Below, piece after piece: positions 1-10,438 of a stretch of 64,000 bases of DNA (position 1 is the first letter of the stretch; every line of letters starts with the position of its first letter). This DNA comes from Acholeplasma sp. CAG:878. Lineage in GTDB: Bacteria > Bacillota_I > Bacilli_A > RF39 > UBA660. The notes under the pieces were generated by a model. The model had not been told where the DNA came from and did no database searches. It saw only the letters and a program-made list of their open reading frames with translations. Made by a program: the position numbers and the translations under genes. The stretch covers positions 65 through 64,064 of the forward strand of contig HF989926.1 of assembly GCA_000432255.1 (NCBI GenBank). The letters are read 5' to 3'.

Positions 1-957
<957 letters not shown>

Positions 958-1023
958 ATTTATTTATGTCTAATATTGGGTCCACAATTATCATGTTTTC
1001 AGAGAATTATTTCTCTATTTAAA

Positions 1024-1137
1024 TTCGTAACGATAGCAATGAGGGTACACCTGTTCCCATCCCGAACACAGAAGTTAAGCTCATTAACGCCGACAATAGT
1101 GTAAGCTAAGATAGGAAGTTGCGGATTTTTTTTGTAA
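1024..1137 (+). rRNA. rrf: 5S rRNA
   Basis: ...GATAGCAATGAGGGTACACCTGTTCCCATCCCGAACACAGAAGTTAAGCTC... matches the universal 5S core (CCGAACAC, GAAGTTAAGC). The 5' and 3' ends pair, and the gene sits ~66 nt after the 23S end. Confidence 0.88.
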
Positions 1138-1336
1138 TTTTATATAAAAAAAATCATTTTGGTATATTTTTGTTAATCAAAATGATTATTTTATTTTTTT
1201 TTACATATCTAATCCATCTTATTTCTTCTGGAAAATCCACATATTTTACCTCGTACAACATACATCTCTAATCCTTTCTACAAATAAATTATCTCATATT
1301 AATAACTAAAAAAGCCTATTCTTGAATAAATAGACT

Positions 1337-1672
1337 TTATTTTTGTATATTTTGTTTATTTAGTTTATCTATTAACAAATTGTTAACAAAATCAATATTA
1401 TCTTTTGATATTTTTCCACATATTCTTATTTTTATGTTATCAATATTCCATTCATTAGTAGGGATATTTTTATTTTTTAAATCAATAGTTAACAAATCAC
1501 CTATTTCTACGTTAAATAGATTAGCTATTGTAACAATTGCTTTCATTGTGGGCTTCCGTTCGTTATTTTCCCATCTTGCAATTGTAGTTTGGTTGTAGTT
1601 GATTTTTTTGCTTAAATCGTGTTGTGACATTGCATTTTTAGTTCTTAAATATTTTAAATTTTTTCCAAACAT
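1337..1672 (-). CDS. XRE-family helix-turn-helix transcriptional regulator (111 aa)
   Basis: N-terminal HTH_XRE signature (LKYLRTKNAMSQHDLSKKINYNQTTIARWENNERKPTMKAIVTIANLFNVEIGDLL). A hairpin and U-run downstream at ~1296-1330 could be its terminator. Confidence 0.8.
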   Translation of the reverse strand: MFGKNLKYLRTKNAMSQHDLSKKINYNQTTIARWENNERKPTMKAIVTIANLFNVEIGDLLTIDLKNKNIPTNEWNIDNIKIRICGKISKDNIDFVNNLLIDKLNKQNIQK

Positions 1673-1673
1673 A

Positions 1674-2396
1674 TTATTGCTCCTTTATATATTCCAATAT
1701 TTGTTTTAATCCATTTTTAGATAACATGTTTATTTGAATGCCATTATTGAAAGTTATCACTTTATTGACTTTATCAATATTGTATATTTGTTCCACATTG
1801 ACAATGCAACAACTTTTAGTTAGTATGTAGTTTTTTCCAAGTAATTTTTGTAACTTTTTCAATGTTAAATTACAAGGAATTTTATTGTTATATATGAAAT
1901 TAATATATGTTTTTCGGCTATTTTTATCATAATTAATGTAAGTTATATTTGTTGGATTAAATCGATATATTGTATCCTTTGTATTAATTGTTAATATTTT
2001 ATTATTTTTTGTTTTAATGGCATTTTCTAATGTTTCCTCTAGAAGCTTTTGATAATCACTAGACTTATTAATAAATTTCAAAAACATCGAGTTACCAGTA
2101 ATTACATCATTTTCATAATCATCATAATATAAAGTAATAAAAATAATTAAACTTTCTAAATCAGTTTTTCTTATTTTTTCTGCTATTTCAATTCCATCTG
2201 TCTTTGGTAATACCATATCTAATATATATATTTTATTGGGAATGTTTTCATTTATTATATGACAAAAGTCATCATCAGCATCAAAAAAAATATGTTTTTT
2301 GTATTCTAAATTATTTTTCATCATTACTTTGTCAATAGTATCGCAATATCTTTTACTAAAAAAATCGTTATCTTCGCATATTATAAAGTTTATCAT
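1674..2396 (-). CDS. Response regulator with LytTR DNA-binding domain (AgrA/ComE-like); no histidine kinase adjacent
   Basis: Receiver-like N-terminus (IICEDND acidic pocket, phospho-acceptor Asp in ILDMVLP, conserved T and K). The C-terminal ~100 aa looks LytTR-like. It is separated by only 1 nt from the XRE gene on the same strand. Confidence 0.75.
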   Translation of the reverse strand: MINFIICEDNDFFSKRYCDTIDKVMMKNNLEYKKHIFFDADDDFCHIINENIPNKIYILDMVLPKTDGIEIAEKIRKTDLESLIIFITLYYDDYENDVITGNSMFLKFINKSSDYQKLLEETLENAIKTKNNKILTINTKDTIYRFNPTNITYINYDKNSRKTYINFIYNNKIPCNLTLKKLQKLLGKNYILTKSCCIVNVEQIYNIDKVNKVITFNNGIQINMLSKNGLKQILEYIKEQ

Positions 2397-2531
2397 AAAT
2401 CACACTGCCTATTATATATATTACCATAGTTTTCCAATTACCAATACTTTAACACAAATATTTATTTTTTTCCATTCTTTCATTTGTTCCTTTTATAAAA
2501 CCTTCATATTTTATAGTAGGAGGTGAGAAAA

Positions 2532-3476
2532 ATGGCAATTAAAGGAATTGATGTATCAGAATGGCAAGGAAATTTAACAAAAAATAATTGGTTAAAAGTT
2601 AAAAATTCAGGAATTCAGTTTGCAATTTTAAGATGTGGTTATACGACATATGGAAAATCAAAGAAAAAATATGTTGATAGATATTTTGAAAATAATTATA
2701 AAATTTGTAAAGAAATTGGACTACCTATAGGCGTTTATTATTACTCTTGTGCGACTAATGAAACTGAAGCAAAAGAAGAAGCAAATTTTGTTCTAAGTTT
2801 AATTAAAAATAAAAAATTTGAATATCCTGTTGTAATTGATACAGAAGATAATCATAATATCAATAAATCTACTAATAGTCCTGTTAGCCAGGCTTCTATT
2901 GGAAAGTATAAATTAACCCCTCTCATTAAAACTTTTTGTGAGATTATTGAAAGTAAAGGTTATTATGTATCAATATATGCTTCTACATATTGGTTTAAAA
3001 ATAATTTAATTTTAGAAGATTTGAAATTATATGATAAATGGATTGCTCAGTGGTCAAAAACAGTTAGTGTTAGTTATAAATATGGTATGTGGCAATACTC
3101 TTCACAAGGTACAGTAAATGGATTAAGTGGTAATATAGACCTTGATTATGCTTATCTAGATTATCCTGGAATAATGAAAAAAAATGGTTTGAATGGATTT
3201 GAAAAAGAAACAATTTCTGAACCAATTACTGAACCAGACAAAGAAGAAAATAATAAACCAGATACTGATGAACCAAATAATGATAACAACGAGAATAAAT
3301 CAGATGATAATGAAAATAATAAAAATGATGAAAAAGCAGATAATAATGATGAAAAAGATGGTTGTACTGATGATAGTGAATCAATAGTTGAATGTACTAT
3401 TATTGTAAAATTTATAAAAATGGTTATTAAATATATTACAAAAATATTTGGAATTTTTAAACTTTTCAAAAAGTAA
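2532..3476 (+). CDS. GH25-family muramidase (lysozyme) with acidic low-complexity linker and C-terminal amphipathic/hydrophobic tail; no signal peptide
   Basis: The N-terminus GIDVSEWQG...FAILR...GVYYY...DTE...W is the GH25 (Cpl-1/LytC-type) signature. Residues ~225-285 are an Asp/Glu/Asn-rich repeat, and the last 26 aa (TIIVKFIKMVIKYITKIFGIFKLFKK) form a basic amphipathic helix. The RBS AGGAGGTG lies 6 nt before the ATG at 2532, so the track start at 2523 is probably too long. Confidence 0.8.
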   Translation: MAIKGIDVSEWQGNLTKNNWLKVKNSGIQFAILRCGYTTYGKSKKKYVDRYFENNYKICKEIGLPIGVYYYSCATNETEAKEEANFVLSLIKNKKFEYPVVIDTEDNHNINKSTNSPVSQASIGKYKLTPLIKTFCEIIESKGYYVSIYASTYWFKNNLILEDLKLYDKWIAQWSKTVSVSYKYGMWQYSSQGTVNGLSGNIDLDYAYLDYPGIMKKNGLNGFEKETISEPITEPDKEENNKPDTDEPNNDNNENKSDDNENNKNDEKADNNDEKDGCTDDSESIVECTIIVKFIKMVIKYITKIFGIFKLFKK

Positions 3477-3485
3477 GAAATATAA

Positions 3486-3512
3486 ACAGAGAATTTTTGT
3501 TCTCTGTTTTTG
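3486..3512 (+). terminator. Rho-independent terminator after the GH25 gene
   Basis: ACAGAGAA-tttttg-TTCTCTGT hairpin followed by TTTTT. Confidence 0.7.
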
Positions 3513-3574
3513 TATTTAAATTTTATATTTGACGATTAATATTGTGCGTGTTATAATTAAAACGAAATGATGTT

Positions 3575-4056
3575 ATGAATAGTGAAAAAGCATTAGATTT
3601 GTTAAAAAAGTATAATAAAGAAGAGTATCATATAAAACAAGGATTAATGGTTGAAAGCATTATGCGTTATATTGTTTCTGAAAATAATTATGATGTAGAT
3701 TTTTTTGGTATAGTTGGTCTTTTATGCGATGTTGATTATTAAATAGCTACTTTAGAACATTGTTATAAATGTGTTGAATTATTAAAAGAAATAGATGCAA
3801 GTGATGAATTAACTGGTATAATATCATCACTTATTAACATGCGACTTTCCCATAACGCACAAGGAATGAAAGTATCCACTCTTAAGAAAAAATTTAAAGA
3901 TAAGACTTTTGCTAGAGGTGTTTAAGAGATATTATTAAAAAAGGTTGTGAAATATTGGAGTGGAATTTAGATGAATTGTTTGAGAAAAGTATTAAAGCAA
4001 TTGAAATTAATGAAGAAAATATAGAGAAAGAAATCAAAATTTTACAAAAGATATAA
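3575..4056 (+). pseudogene. Decayed HD-domain phosphohydrolase gene (HDIG/HD superfamily, ~180-aa family)
   Basis: The translation MNSEKALDLLKKYNKEEYHIKQGLMVESIMRY...GIVGLLCDVDY-stop-IATLEHC... matches a remembered Firmicutes HD-domain family (...LLHDxDF...). The catalytic His is replaced by Cys (LLCD), there is an in-frame TAA at 3740-3742, an apparent internal deletion, and a frameshift near 3915. The C-terminal LDELFEKSIKAI... is recoverable in another frame. Confidence 0.7.
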
Positions 4057-4138
4057 TTATTTATATATATTTTTATTAATAATGTTACTGCATTTGAAGT
4101 AATTTCCTTTTTTTGTTATAATTATTATGTGATGAATT

Positions 4139-5251
4139 ATGAAACAATATGAAATAAAAGCTTTAGATTATTATGGTAGGGGAATTATAAAAGAAAATGA
4201 CAAAGTTATTTTTGTTAATAATGCTTTAGTTGGTGAGATAGTAGAAATAAATATTATTAAAAATAAGAAAAAATATATGGAAGCCAATGTCAGTTCTTAT
4301 ATCAAGCAAAGTCCTTTAAGAACCCAACCACCATGTCCTTATTATAATAAATGTGGTGGGTGTAATATTATGCACATGCCTTATGATGAACAATTAAAAT
4401 TCAAGGAAAACAAAGTAAAAGAAACTATGTATAAATTTAAAATTAATACAATTATTAATCCTATTATTCCAACTAAACAATTCAATTATCGTAATAAAAT
4501 AACTTTGCAAGTCGAAAACAAAATAGGATTATATGAAAAGCAAAGTAATAAGATAGTTGAAATAAAAAAGTGTTTATTAGTAGATGAAAAAATTAATAAA
4601 ATAATTAAAAATATAAAAAATTACAATGGTAAACAAATCGTTATTAGAGCTAATAATGAAGAAGCAAGAATAGTTGAAAATGATTTATTTGCTAATAAAA
4701 TGAAAAATTTCAATTTAGTTATGTCAAAATCATCATTTTTTCAAGTAAACAGTGAAGGAATGATAAAACTTTATGATAAAGTTTTAGAGTATGCAGATGT
4801 AGATAAAAATAGTAACGTGTTGGATTTATTTTGTGGTATTGGAACAATTGGTATATATATAAGTCCTTATTGTAAAAAAGTACTTGGAATAGAGATAAAT
4901 GAACAAGCAATCGAAAATGCTAATATCAACAAGAAGAATAACAACATTGAAAATATTAGATTTATAGCAGGAGATGTTGAAAAAATTATAAAAGAAATCG
5001 ACTTCCAACCAGATATTGTAATAGTAGACCCACCTCGTAGTGGATTAGATAAAAATTGTATTGAAAAGTTATTAAACTTGAAAGTAAAAAAAATAGTTTA
5101 TGTATCTTGTGATGTTATAACATTAGCTCGTGATTTAAGTAAATTATCTAGTGTTTATAATGTTACCGAAATCACACCAGTAGATATGTTTGCAAACACA
5201 TATCATGTTGAATGTGTTTCAGTATTACACTTGAAAAATAATACTATTTGA
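4139..5251 (+). CDS. 23S rRNA (uracil-C5)-methyltransferase, RumA/RlmD family (TRAM domain, Fe-S Cys cluster, SAM MTase)
   Basis: TRAM-like N-terminus, the Cys cluster CPYYNKCGGCNIMH, and SAM-methyltransferase motifs LDLFCGIGTIG and DPPRSG. Confidence 0.85.
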   Translation: MKQYEIKALDYYGRGIIKENDKVIFVNNALVGEIVEINIIKNKKKYMEANVSSYIKQSPLRTQPPCPYYNKCGGCNIMHMPYDEQLKFKENKVKETMYKFKINTIINPIIPTKQFNYRNKITLQVENKIGLYEKQSNKIVEIKKCLLVDEKINKIIKNIKNYNGKQIVIRANNEEARIVENDLFANKMKNFNLVMSKSSFFQVNSEGMIKLYDKVLEYADVDKNSNVLDLFCGIGTIGIYISPYCKKVLGIEINEQAIENANINKKNNNIENIRFIAGDVEKIIKEIDFQPDIVIVDPPRSGLDKNCIEKLLNLKVKKIVYVSCDVITLARDLSKLSSVYNVTEITPVDMFANTYHVECVSVLHLKNNTI

Positions 5252-5283
5252 TTTTTTCTAAAATTAAAAGGATGGTTGTAATT

Positions 5284-6681
5284 ATGGAAGTTGAACAAAT
5301 AAGAAAACGATTAAATGAAAAATATAATAAATTTTCAGTTGATATTTTATCTAAAACGATAATGGAATTTCAACAATTATTTAAAGAAAAGTATTTAACA
5401 ACTGACGAAGTAATTCAATTAGTTATTTTAAATATTCCAAAAGGTGTTGTTGTATATGATAAAGTGGAAGGTAGATATGATGCAATATGCTCTATTTCAT
5501 CTAAAGAATTTAAGATAGAAAAAGAAGTACTTGATAATCAAGATTATTTTGAATATGTATTTTTTCACGAATTTATTCATGCTATTTCATATAGAAAATT
5601 CAATGAAAAGCAGTTTATGGGGTTTTATACAACTGCCAAAGGTGATGACTACGAATTTAAAGTTCGTTCTTTCAATGAAGCATTTACTGAATACCTAACT
5701 CTAAAAAGAAATAAAATGGTTGGATATAAAATTGAAAATGGAAGTTTATCGGGTTATGAATTAGGTGCTTTAGAAATAGAAATGCTTGAAAATATTATTC
5801 CTAAAGAAAAATTGATTAATTCATATTTTAATGAACCTAATTTGCTAGAAAATTTGTTAAACGAATACCACATGAACATAGATGAAATTTTTTACAGTTT
5901 TAAAGCTTTAGAAGCTAAAGATTATGATGAACACTCATTAGAGTATAAATTAGCTTTAATTAATCCTAATAATGTTTTTAAAATTATAGATGGAGAAAGA
6001 TATTTATTTTATAATTTATTAGATTCATTTGGCGAAGTGAAAAATGAAGAAGAATTTAATAAAAAATGGAGTATTTTATTAAAAGAGTATGATAACAAAT
6101 ATAATTTTTATAAAATTGATGGAATATTTAGAATTGGAAAAATATGTAGTGATATGGAACTACTAAACATTAAAACTAGTGAGTTAATAGAACAGAGAAT
6201 TTCAAATGAAACATTAAATAAATATAATTTTTTATCTAAAATTTTTAAAATTGAAGAAAAAGAAAAAATATTATCTAAATTATATGAAATATATAAAAAT
6301 GATTATAGGACATATTTTAATTTAATGAAAGATGAAAGTGCAGTTTTAGCTTACACATTTTTAGATAATATAAAGAATAGTTATCAATTATATGATATAG
6401 AAATGTACCCTAGGGTTTATCCATATCTTCAAAAAGAAAATGCTAAAATTAATGATGTAATATTTAAAAAAATTAGATGTGAAGAACTAAATATTAATTT
6501 TTATATTTTCGATATAAATGAAAAAAATTATGTTGAAAGTAATTATTATGATATTATAATAGATAGAATTTCAAATGATGAATTTTTGATAAAATATCAA
6601 AATCAGATTGATAAAATTAATATTTCAGTTAATAAATATTGGCATAATTCACATGAATTTAATTGCAATATAATTTATTAA
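5284..6681 (+). CDS. Hypothetical cytoplasmic protein with HExxH zincin motif (HEFIH...E), possible ImmA/IrrE-like metallopeptidase with a long C-terminal extension
   Basis: FFHEFIHAIS followed by NEAFTEY gives an HExxH...E gluzincin-like arrangement. The start is uncertain: candidates are TTG 5248, ATG 5272 and ATG 5284. Confidence 0.55.
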   Translation: MEVEQIRKRLNEKYNKFSVDILSKTIMEFQQLFKEKYLTTDEVIQLVILNIPKGVVVYDKVEGRYDAICSISSKEFKIEKEVLDNQDYFEYVFFHEFIHAISYRKFNEKQFMGFYTTAKGDDYEFKVRSFNEAFTEYLTLKRNKMVGYKIENGSLSGYELGALEIEMLENIIPKEKLINSYFNEPNLLENLLNEYHMNIDEIFYSFKALEAKDYDEHSLEYKLALINPNNVFKIIDGERYLFYNLLDSFGEVKNEEEFNKKWSILLKEYDNKYNFYKIDGIFRIGKICSDMELLNIKTSELIEQRISNETLNKYNFLSKIFKIEEKEKILSKLYEIYKNDYRTYFNLMKDESAVLAYTFLDNIKNSYQLYDIEMYPRVYPYLQKENAKINDVIFKKIRCEELNINFYIFDINEKNYVESNYYDIIIDRISNDEFLIKYQNQIDKINISVNKYWHNSHEFNCNIIY

Positions 6682-6715
6682 AAATGTGTTAAAATGGACT
6701 ATAGAAGGAGTTTTT

Positions 6716-6991
6716 ATGAATTATAAGGATTTTAAAAATAAACAATTTAACAATAAAGAATTTAAGGAATATTTTGAACAAATGGAATTTATGACAAATA
6801 TTTCTAAAGCGATTGTTGAAATTAGAATTAAGAAAAATTTAACTCAAAAACAATTATCTGAGTTAATTAATATTCCTTTGCAAACTATTAAGTTAATAGA
6901 GCAAGCTGATGGAAATGTATCGATTAATTCAATTATTGAAGTATTAAATAATCTCGGGTTAAAATTAAAAATAAGTATAGAAGGAGTATAA
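6716..6991 (+). CDS. XRE-family HTH protein (92 aa), possible repressor/antitoxin-like partner of the upstream HExxH protein
   Basis: The HTH signature LTQKQLSELINIPLQTIKLIEQ is present. The RBS GAAGGAG precedes the ATG at 6716, so the track start at 6686 is too long. Confidence 0.7.
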   Translation: MNYKDFKNKQFNNKEFKEYFEQMEFMTNISKAIVEIRIKKNLTQKQLSELINIPLQTIKLIEQADGNVSINSIIEVLNNLGLKLKISIEGV

Positions 6992-6993
6992 TT

Positions 6994-7551
6994 ATGGTAA
7001 TAGCTACAAATAATAAAGGAAAATTAGAAGAAATAAGAAAAATTTTAAATAAAGAGGTATTTTCATTGAAAGATAAAAATATTGATGTTGATGTAGTAGA
7101 AGATGCTGATTCTTTTCAAGGAAATGCTACAAAAAAAGCAATTGAAATATATAATATATGTCATGAACCAGTAATTGCCGATGATTCTGGTTTATGTATA
7201 GATGCTCTTGATGGGTATCCAGGTGTTATGACACATCGATTTTTAGGTGAAAATATAACTGATGAACAAAGAAATGATTATTTAATAAATGAAGTAAACA
7301 AATATGAAGTTCGCAGTGCAAAAGTAATTTGTGTAATAGTTTATTATGATGGAATTGAAACTATAGTTAGCGAAGGAGTATTAAATGGTTCAATTGCTAA
7401 AGAAAAAAGAGGAAATAATGGTTTCGGATTTGACGAAATATTTGAATTAGATAATGGATTAACTTTAGCAGAACTATCTAGTGAAGAAAAAAACAAAATA
7501 AGCGCTAGAGCAAAAGCATTAGAAAATTTAAAAAACAAATTAAATATTTAA
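6994..7551 (+). CDS. rdgB: dITP/XTP pyrophosphatase (non-canonical purine NTP pyrophosphatase, Ham1/RdgB family)
   Basis: MVIATNNKGKLEEIRKIL... and DDSGLCIDALDGYPGV match RdgB/Ham1 motifs. An RBS lies directly upstream. Confidence 0.85.
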   Translation: MVIATNNKGKLEEIRKILNKEVFSLKDKNIDVDVVEDADSFQGNATKKAIEIYNICHEPVIADDSGLCIDALDGYPGVMTHRFLGENITDEQRNDYLINEVNKYEVRSAKVICVIVYYDGIETIVSEGVLNGSIAKEKRGNNGFGFDEIFELDNGLTLAELSSEEKNKISARAKALENLKNKLNI

Positions 7552-7566
7552 TTATAAGGAGTATAT

Positions 7567-8244
7567 ATGTTTGAATATCAAAATATGGCAAAATATTATG
7601 ATTTATTTTATAAAAACAAATTCTATGAAAAAGAAGTGGATTTTTTAAAAAATCTGATTGGCAATAGAAAAACCATATTAGATGTTGGTTGCGGTACTGG
7701 AATTCATATGAATTTACTTGAAAATCAATACAAAGTTGATGGATTAGATTTAAGTTATCAAATGCTTGAAATAGCCAAATCTAGAGTGATTGGAAAATTA
7801 ATGCAAGGTAATCTCTTAAATTATAAAACATATAAAAAATATGACGCGATTATATCAATGTTTGCTGTATTTAATCATTTAAGAAATTATGATGAATTTG
7901 AACAAGGAATATTACATTGGTATAATAATTTGAATGAAAATGGAATACTTATAGTTGATATACATAACGGAAGAACAAGTGGAAAAAAGGAAAGTAATTA
8001 TGAACAGTGTAAAAGAATAATGGAATGGACCTTTAACACCGAAAAATCAATAGAAACTACTAATATTACTTATATAATAAATAATAAAGTATATAAAGAT
8101 AAACATATATTTATTATTTATGAAATTGATAAAATAAAAGACATTTTAAACAAAAATAATTTAAAATATCAATTATATGAAAACTATTCAATGAATAATG
8201 CAAATTATAATAGCAAAAATATAGAAATAGTTATTTATAAATAA
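7567..8244 (+). CDS. Class I SAM-dependent methyltransferase
   Basis: SAM-binding motif ILDVGCGTGIH and a DGLDLS motif. The substrate is unknown. Confidence 0.7.
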   Translation: MFEYQNMAKYYDLFYKNKFYEKEVDFLKNLIGNRKTILDVGCGTGIHMNLLENQYKVDGLDLSYQMLEIAKSRVIGKLMQGNLLNYKTYKKYDAIISMFAVFNHLRNYDEFEQGILHWYNNLNENGILIVDIHNGRTSGKKESNYEQCKRIMEWTFNTEKSIETTNITYIINNKVYKDKHIFIIYEIDKIKDILNKNNLKYQLYENYSMNNANYNSKNIEIVIYK

Positions 8245-8270
8245 AACGAGAATTACCTCGTTTCTTTTTT
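8244..8270. terminator. Bidirectional hairpin terminator shared by convergent genes
   Basis: AACGAG-aattac-CTCGTT hairpin with T-runs on both strands. The sortase stop codon lies in the loop. Confidence 0.55.
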
Positions 8271-9059
8271 TATTAATTTGGCATGAATAACAGTTCGCTC
8301 TTTTTTATTATAGCAAGTTGATAAAGTTAATATTTTATCATTCTCACTAACACTAGTTTCAAAATCGTATACACTTCTTTCTTTAATTAGTTCTATAAAA
8401 TTCATAAAGTCATCATTATCGATAAAATTTGTTTGAAGATAATCTGAAGTTGTTGGAATATGGTATACACTAAATACTTGCCAAAGGGTATTTTCTTTTT
8501 CTGAAGACATTTTAATTATAAAATTCTCTTCTTGTTTTAACCAACCATTTTCAGTAATCAATTTTAAAGAACCAAACATGGCTTTATTTAATAAAGCGTG
8601 ACCATATATGATTATATGTTTATCAGTGCCATCTAACTTATTGCGATAATCAGCAAAAATCCAACCAGCCTCATTATATGTTTTATCAAAAGAATGATTT
8701 ATATAAAAATCATTATTATCTGCTTGAACAAATGGATAATTTACATTAGTTCCTTTAACTTGAAGCCATCCTTTAACTCTACTATTAATTTTTTTTAATT
8801 CACTAAAATCAACATTAAGCATATTTAATTTTATATAATCCCAATAAATATTTTTTTTTGGTTTTTCTTCTTGTTCAATGATTTCAACATTTTCATCATC
8901 CGGTTTTTCTTCAATTTTAACTATGTTATTAATTTCTTCAATTTTAGTAACCGTTTCACTTGAATGTTTTGATAATTTAATAACATTAACAACTGATATA
9001 GTTAAACCAACAGCAGAAATAATTAATATCAATATAAAAATAATTTTTTTAATTTTCAT
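8253..9059 (-). CDS. srtB: Class B sortase
   Basis: N-terminal membrane anchor, a YGH motif (HIIIYGHA), catalytic TLSTC and a downstream Arg. The likely start is MKIKK (GGGTGAG RBS), shorter than the track ORF. Confidence 0.8.
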   Translation of the reverse strand: MKIKKIIFILILIISAVGLTISVVNVIKLSKHSSETVTKIEEINNIVKIEEKPDDENVEIIEQEEKPKKNIYWDYIKLNMLNVDFSELKKINSRVKGWLQVKGTNVNYPFVQADNNDFYINHSFDKTYNEAGWIFADYRNKLDGTDKHIIIYGHALLNKAMFGSLKLITENGWLKQEENFIIKMSSEKENTLWQVFSVYHIPTTSDYLQTNFIDNDDFMNFIELIKERSVYDFETSVSENDKILTLSTCYNKKERTVIHAKLIKKETR

Positions 9060-9123
9060 TTTCTCACCCATATTAATTATACTATTTTTATAAATAATAA
9101 GCAAAAGAAAAATAAGTAAAAAC

Positions 9124-10380
9124 TTATTTTATCTTTCTAGCTTCTAGATAATATCTTTTATCATAACTATGACCCATAGAGAATGTTTTTCTAGGTAACG
9201 CACCATCTAAAATAACGGTTTTGAATAATTCTTCTTTTTTCATAGGTTTGAATATGAATCCAACATTACCTTCACGTGCTAATTCTTTAGTTACATCATC
9301 TCCATGGATGTAATCAATTTTGCCATTATTGTTTTTTAAGTATTCATCTAGGAAAATTTGAATTGAACCAACAGCAATATTTGATTTTGGATTTTTAATA
9401 TACCATACTTCATCTAAATCTTTAGTTACAATTTCAAACTCTTCTCCATTTCCATCAGTAGAAATTTCATAAAATTCTTTTAGTTTATTAATTAAATCAT
9501 TTGAATCTACATTAAATACAACTCTATTAATTGCTTCAAACTCTAAAGCACTACTATGTAGATTAACTAATTCAACTAATGCATATCTACTAGGATGATT
9601 TAAATATTCTTCTTCACTTAAAGTTTCTTTTAATTTTTCGTAGCAAGCTTTAGCTGTTGCAAGCGAGTGATTACCATCGCCCATAGCAAATAATAAAACG
9701 CCTTTATTTTTAACATTATATTTCTTTTCAAAGTAATCTTTATTTGCTAATGCTTCTAATTTAGTATTAACTTCATTTATAACATTATTACTTAATTTAT
9801 ATCCTTTTATGTGGCCACCATTTTGCATTAAATCAAAATCGTATACTACATCCTCTTCATTTACCTCGTTTTTAAGATTTTCAATAATATCTTTCTTTTC
9901 ATCATCGATTAAAATCATAATATGAGGAAGTTCAAGTAGAGCATTTTCCCTTACTTTAACGCGAGGCGGTATACGCTCAATTACTGTTTTTTCAGTAGCT
10001 CTAATTGGTGTTTGAGAACCAACCTCATAAGAGTAGGCCTCCAAGTCAACAATTCCCATTAATCCTTCTCGTACTTTGCCATCACTTTGTGTTCTTTCAA
10101 GGTAAATCATTGAATCAGGGTATTCAACAAATAAGTCATCATTTAAGACTTTTTCCATGTTTTTGTTAATGTTTTTAATTCTTTCATTAACATCATTATC
10201 TTCAAGATAAATTTCTGGTAAAGTAAGATTTAAAGTAGAAGGATTATCTCCAACAATTTCACTAACTTCTTCCCAGTATTTTGGTTCGCTTGTATATTGG
10301 TCACAAGCAACCACACTCCATTTTGTCATATCGACATTTTTAGGAATTAAAATATTATCTGCTTTAAAAGGTACCATCAT
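9124..10380 (-). CDS. DUF1015-family protein (conserved, ~410 aa)
   Basis: The N-terminus M(M)VPFKADNILIP...WSVVACDQYTS resembles the remembered DUF1015 signature. AGGAG lies 6 nt before the chosen ATG. Confidence 0.55.
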   Translation of the reverse strand: MMVPFKADNILIPKNVDMTKWSVVACDQYTSEPKYWEEVSEIVGDNPSTLNLTLPEIYLEDNDVNERIKNINKNMEKVLNDDLFVEYPDSMIYLERTQSDGKVREGLMGIVDLEAYSYEVGSQTPIRATEKTVIERIPPRVKVRENALLELPHIMILIDDEKKDIIENLKNEVNEEDVVYDFDLMQNGGHIKGYKLSNNVINEVNTKLEALANKDYFEKKYNVKNKGVLLFAMGDGNHSLATAKACYEKLKETLSEEEYLNHPSRYALVELVNLHSSALEFEAINRVVFNVDSNDLINKLKEFYEISTDGNGEEFEIVTKDLDEVWYIKNPKSNIAVGSIQIFLDEYLKNNNGKIDYIHGDDVTKELAREGNVGFIFKPMKKEELFKTVILDGALPRKTFSMGHSYDKRYYLEARKIK

Positions 10381-10438
10381 TATCATCTCCTATATTGATT
10401 ATAACATAAAAAACAAAAAATCAAGCTATAAAACTTGA

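Noticed and set aside
3161-3469. Minus-strand 102-aa ORF and plus-strand 64-aa ORF inside the GH25 gene tail
   Set aside because: They arise from the repetitive D/E/N-rich linker read in other frames.
3740-3742. In-frame TAA codons as programmed readthrough or an alternative genetic code
   Set aside because: The same genes also carry frameshifts and active-site loss, and all essential genes in the window end normally at TAA, TAG or TGA. Decay explains the data better.
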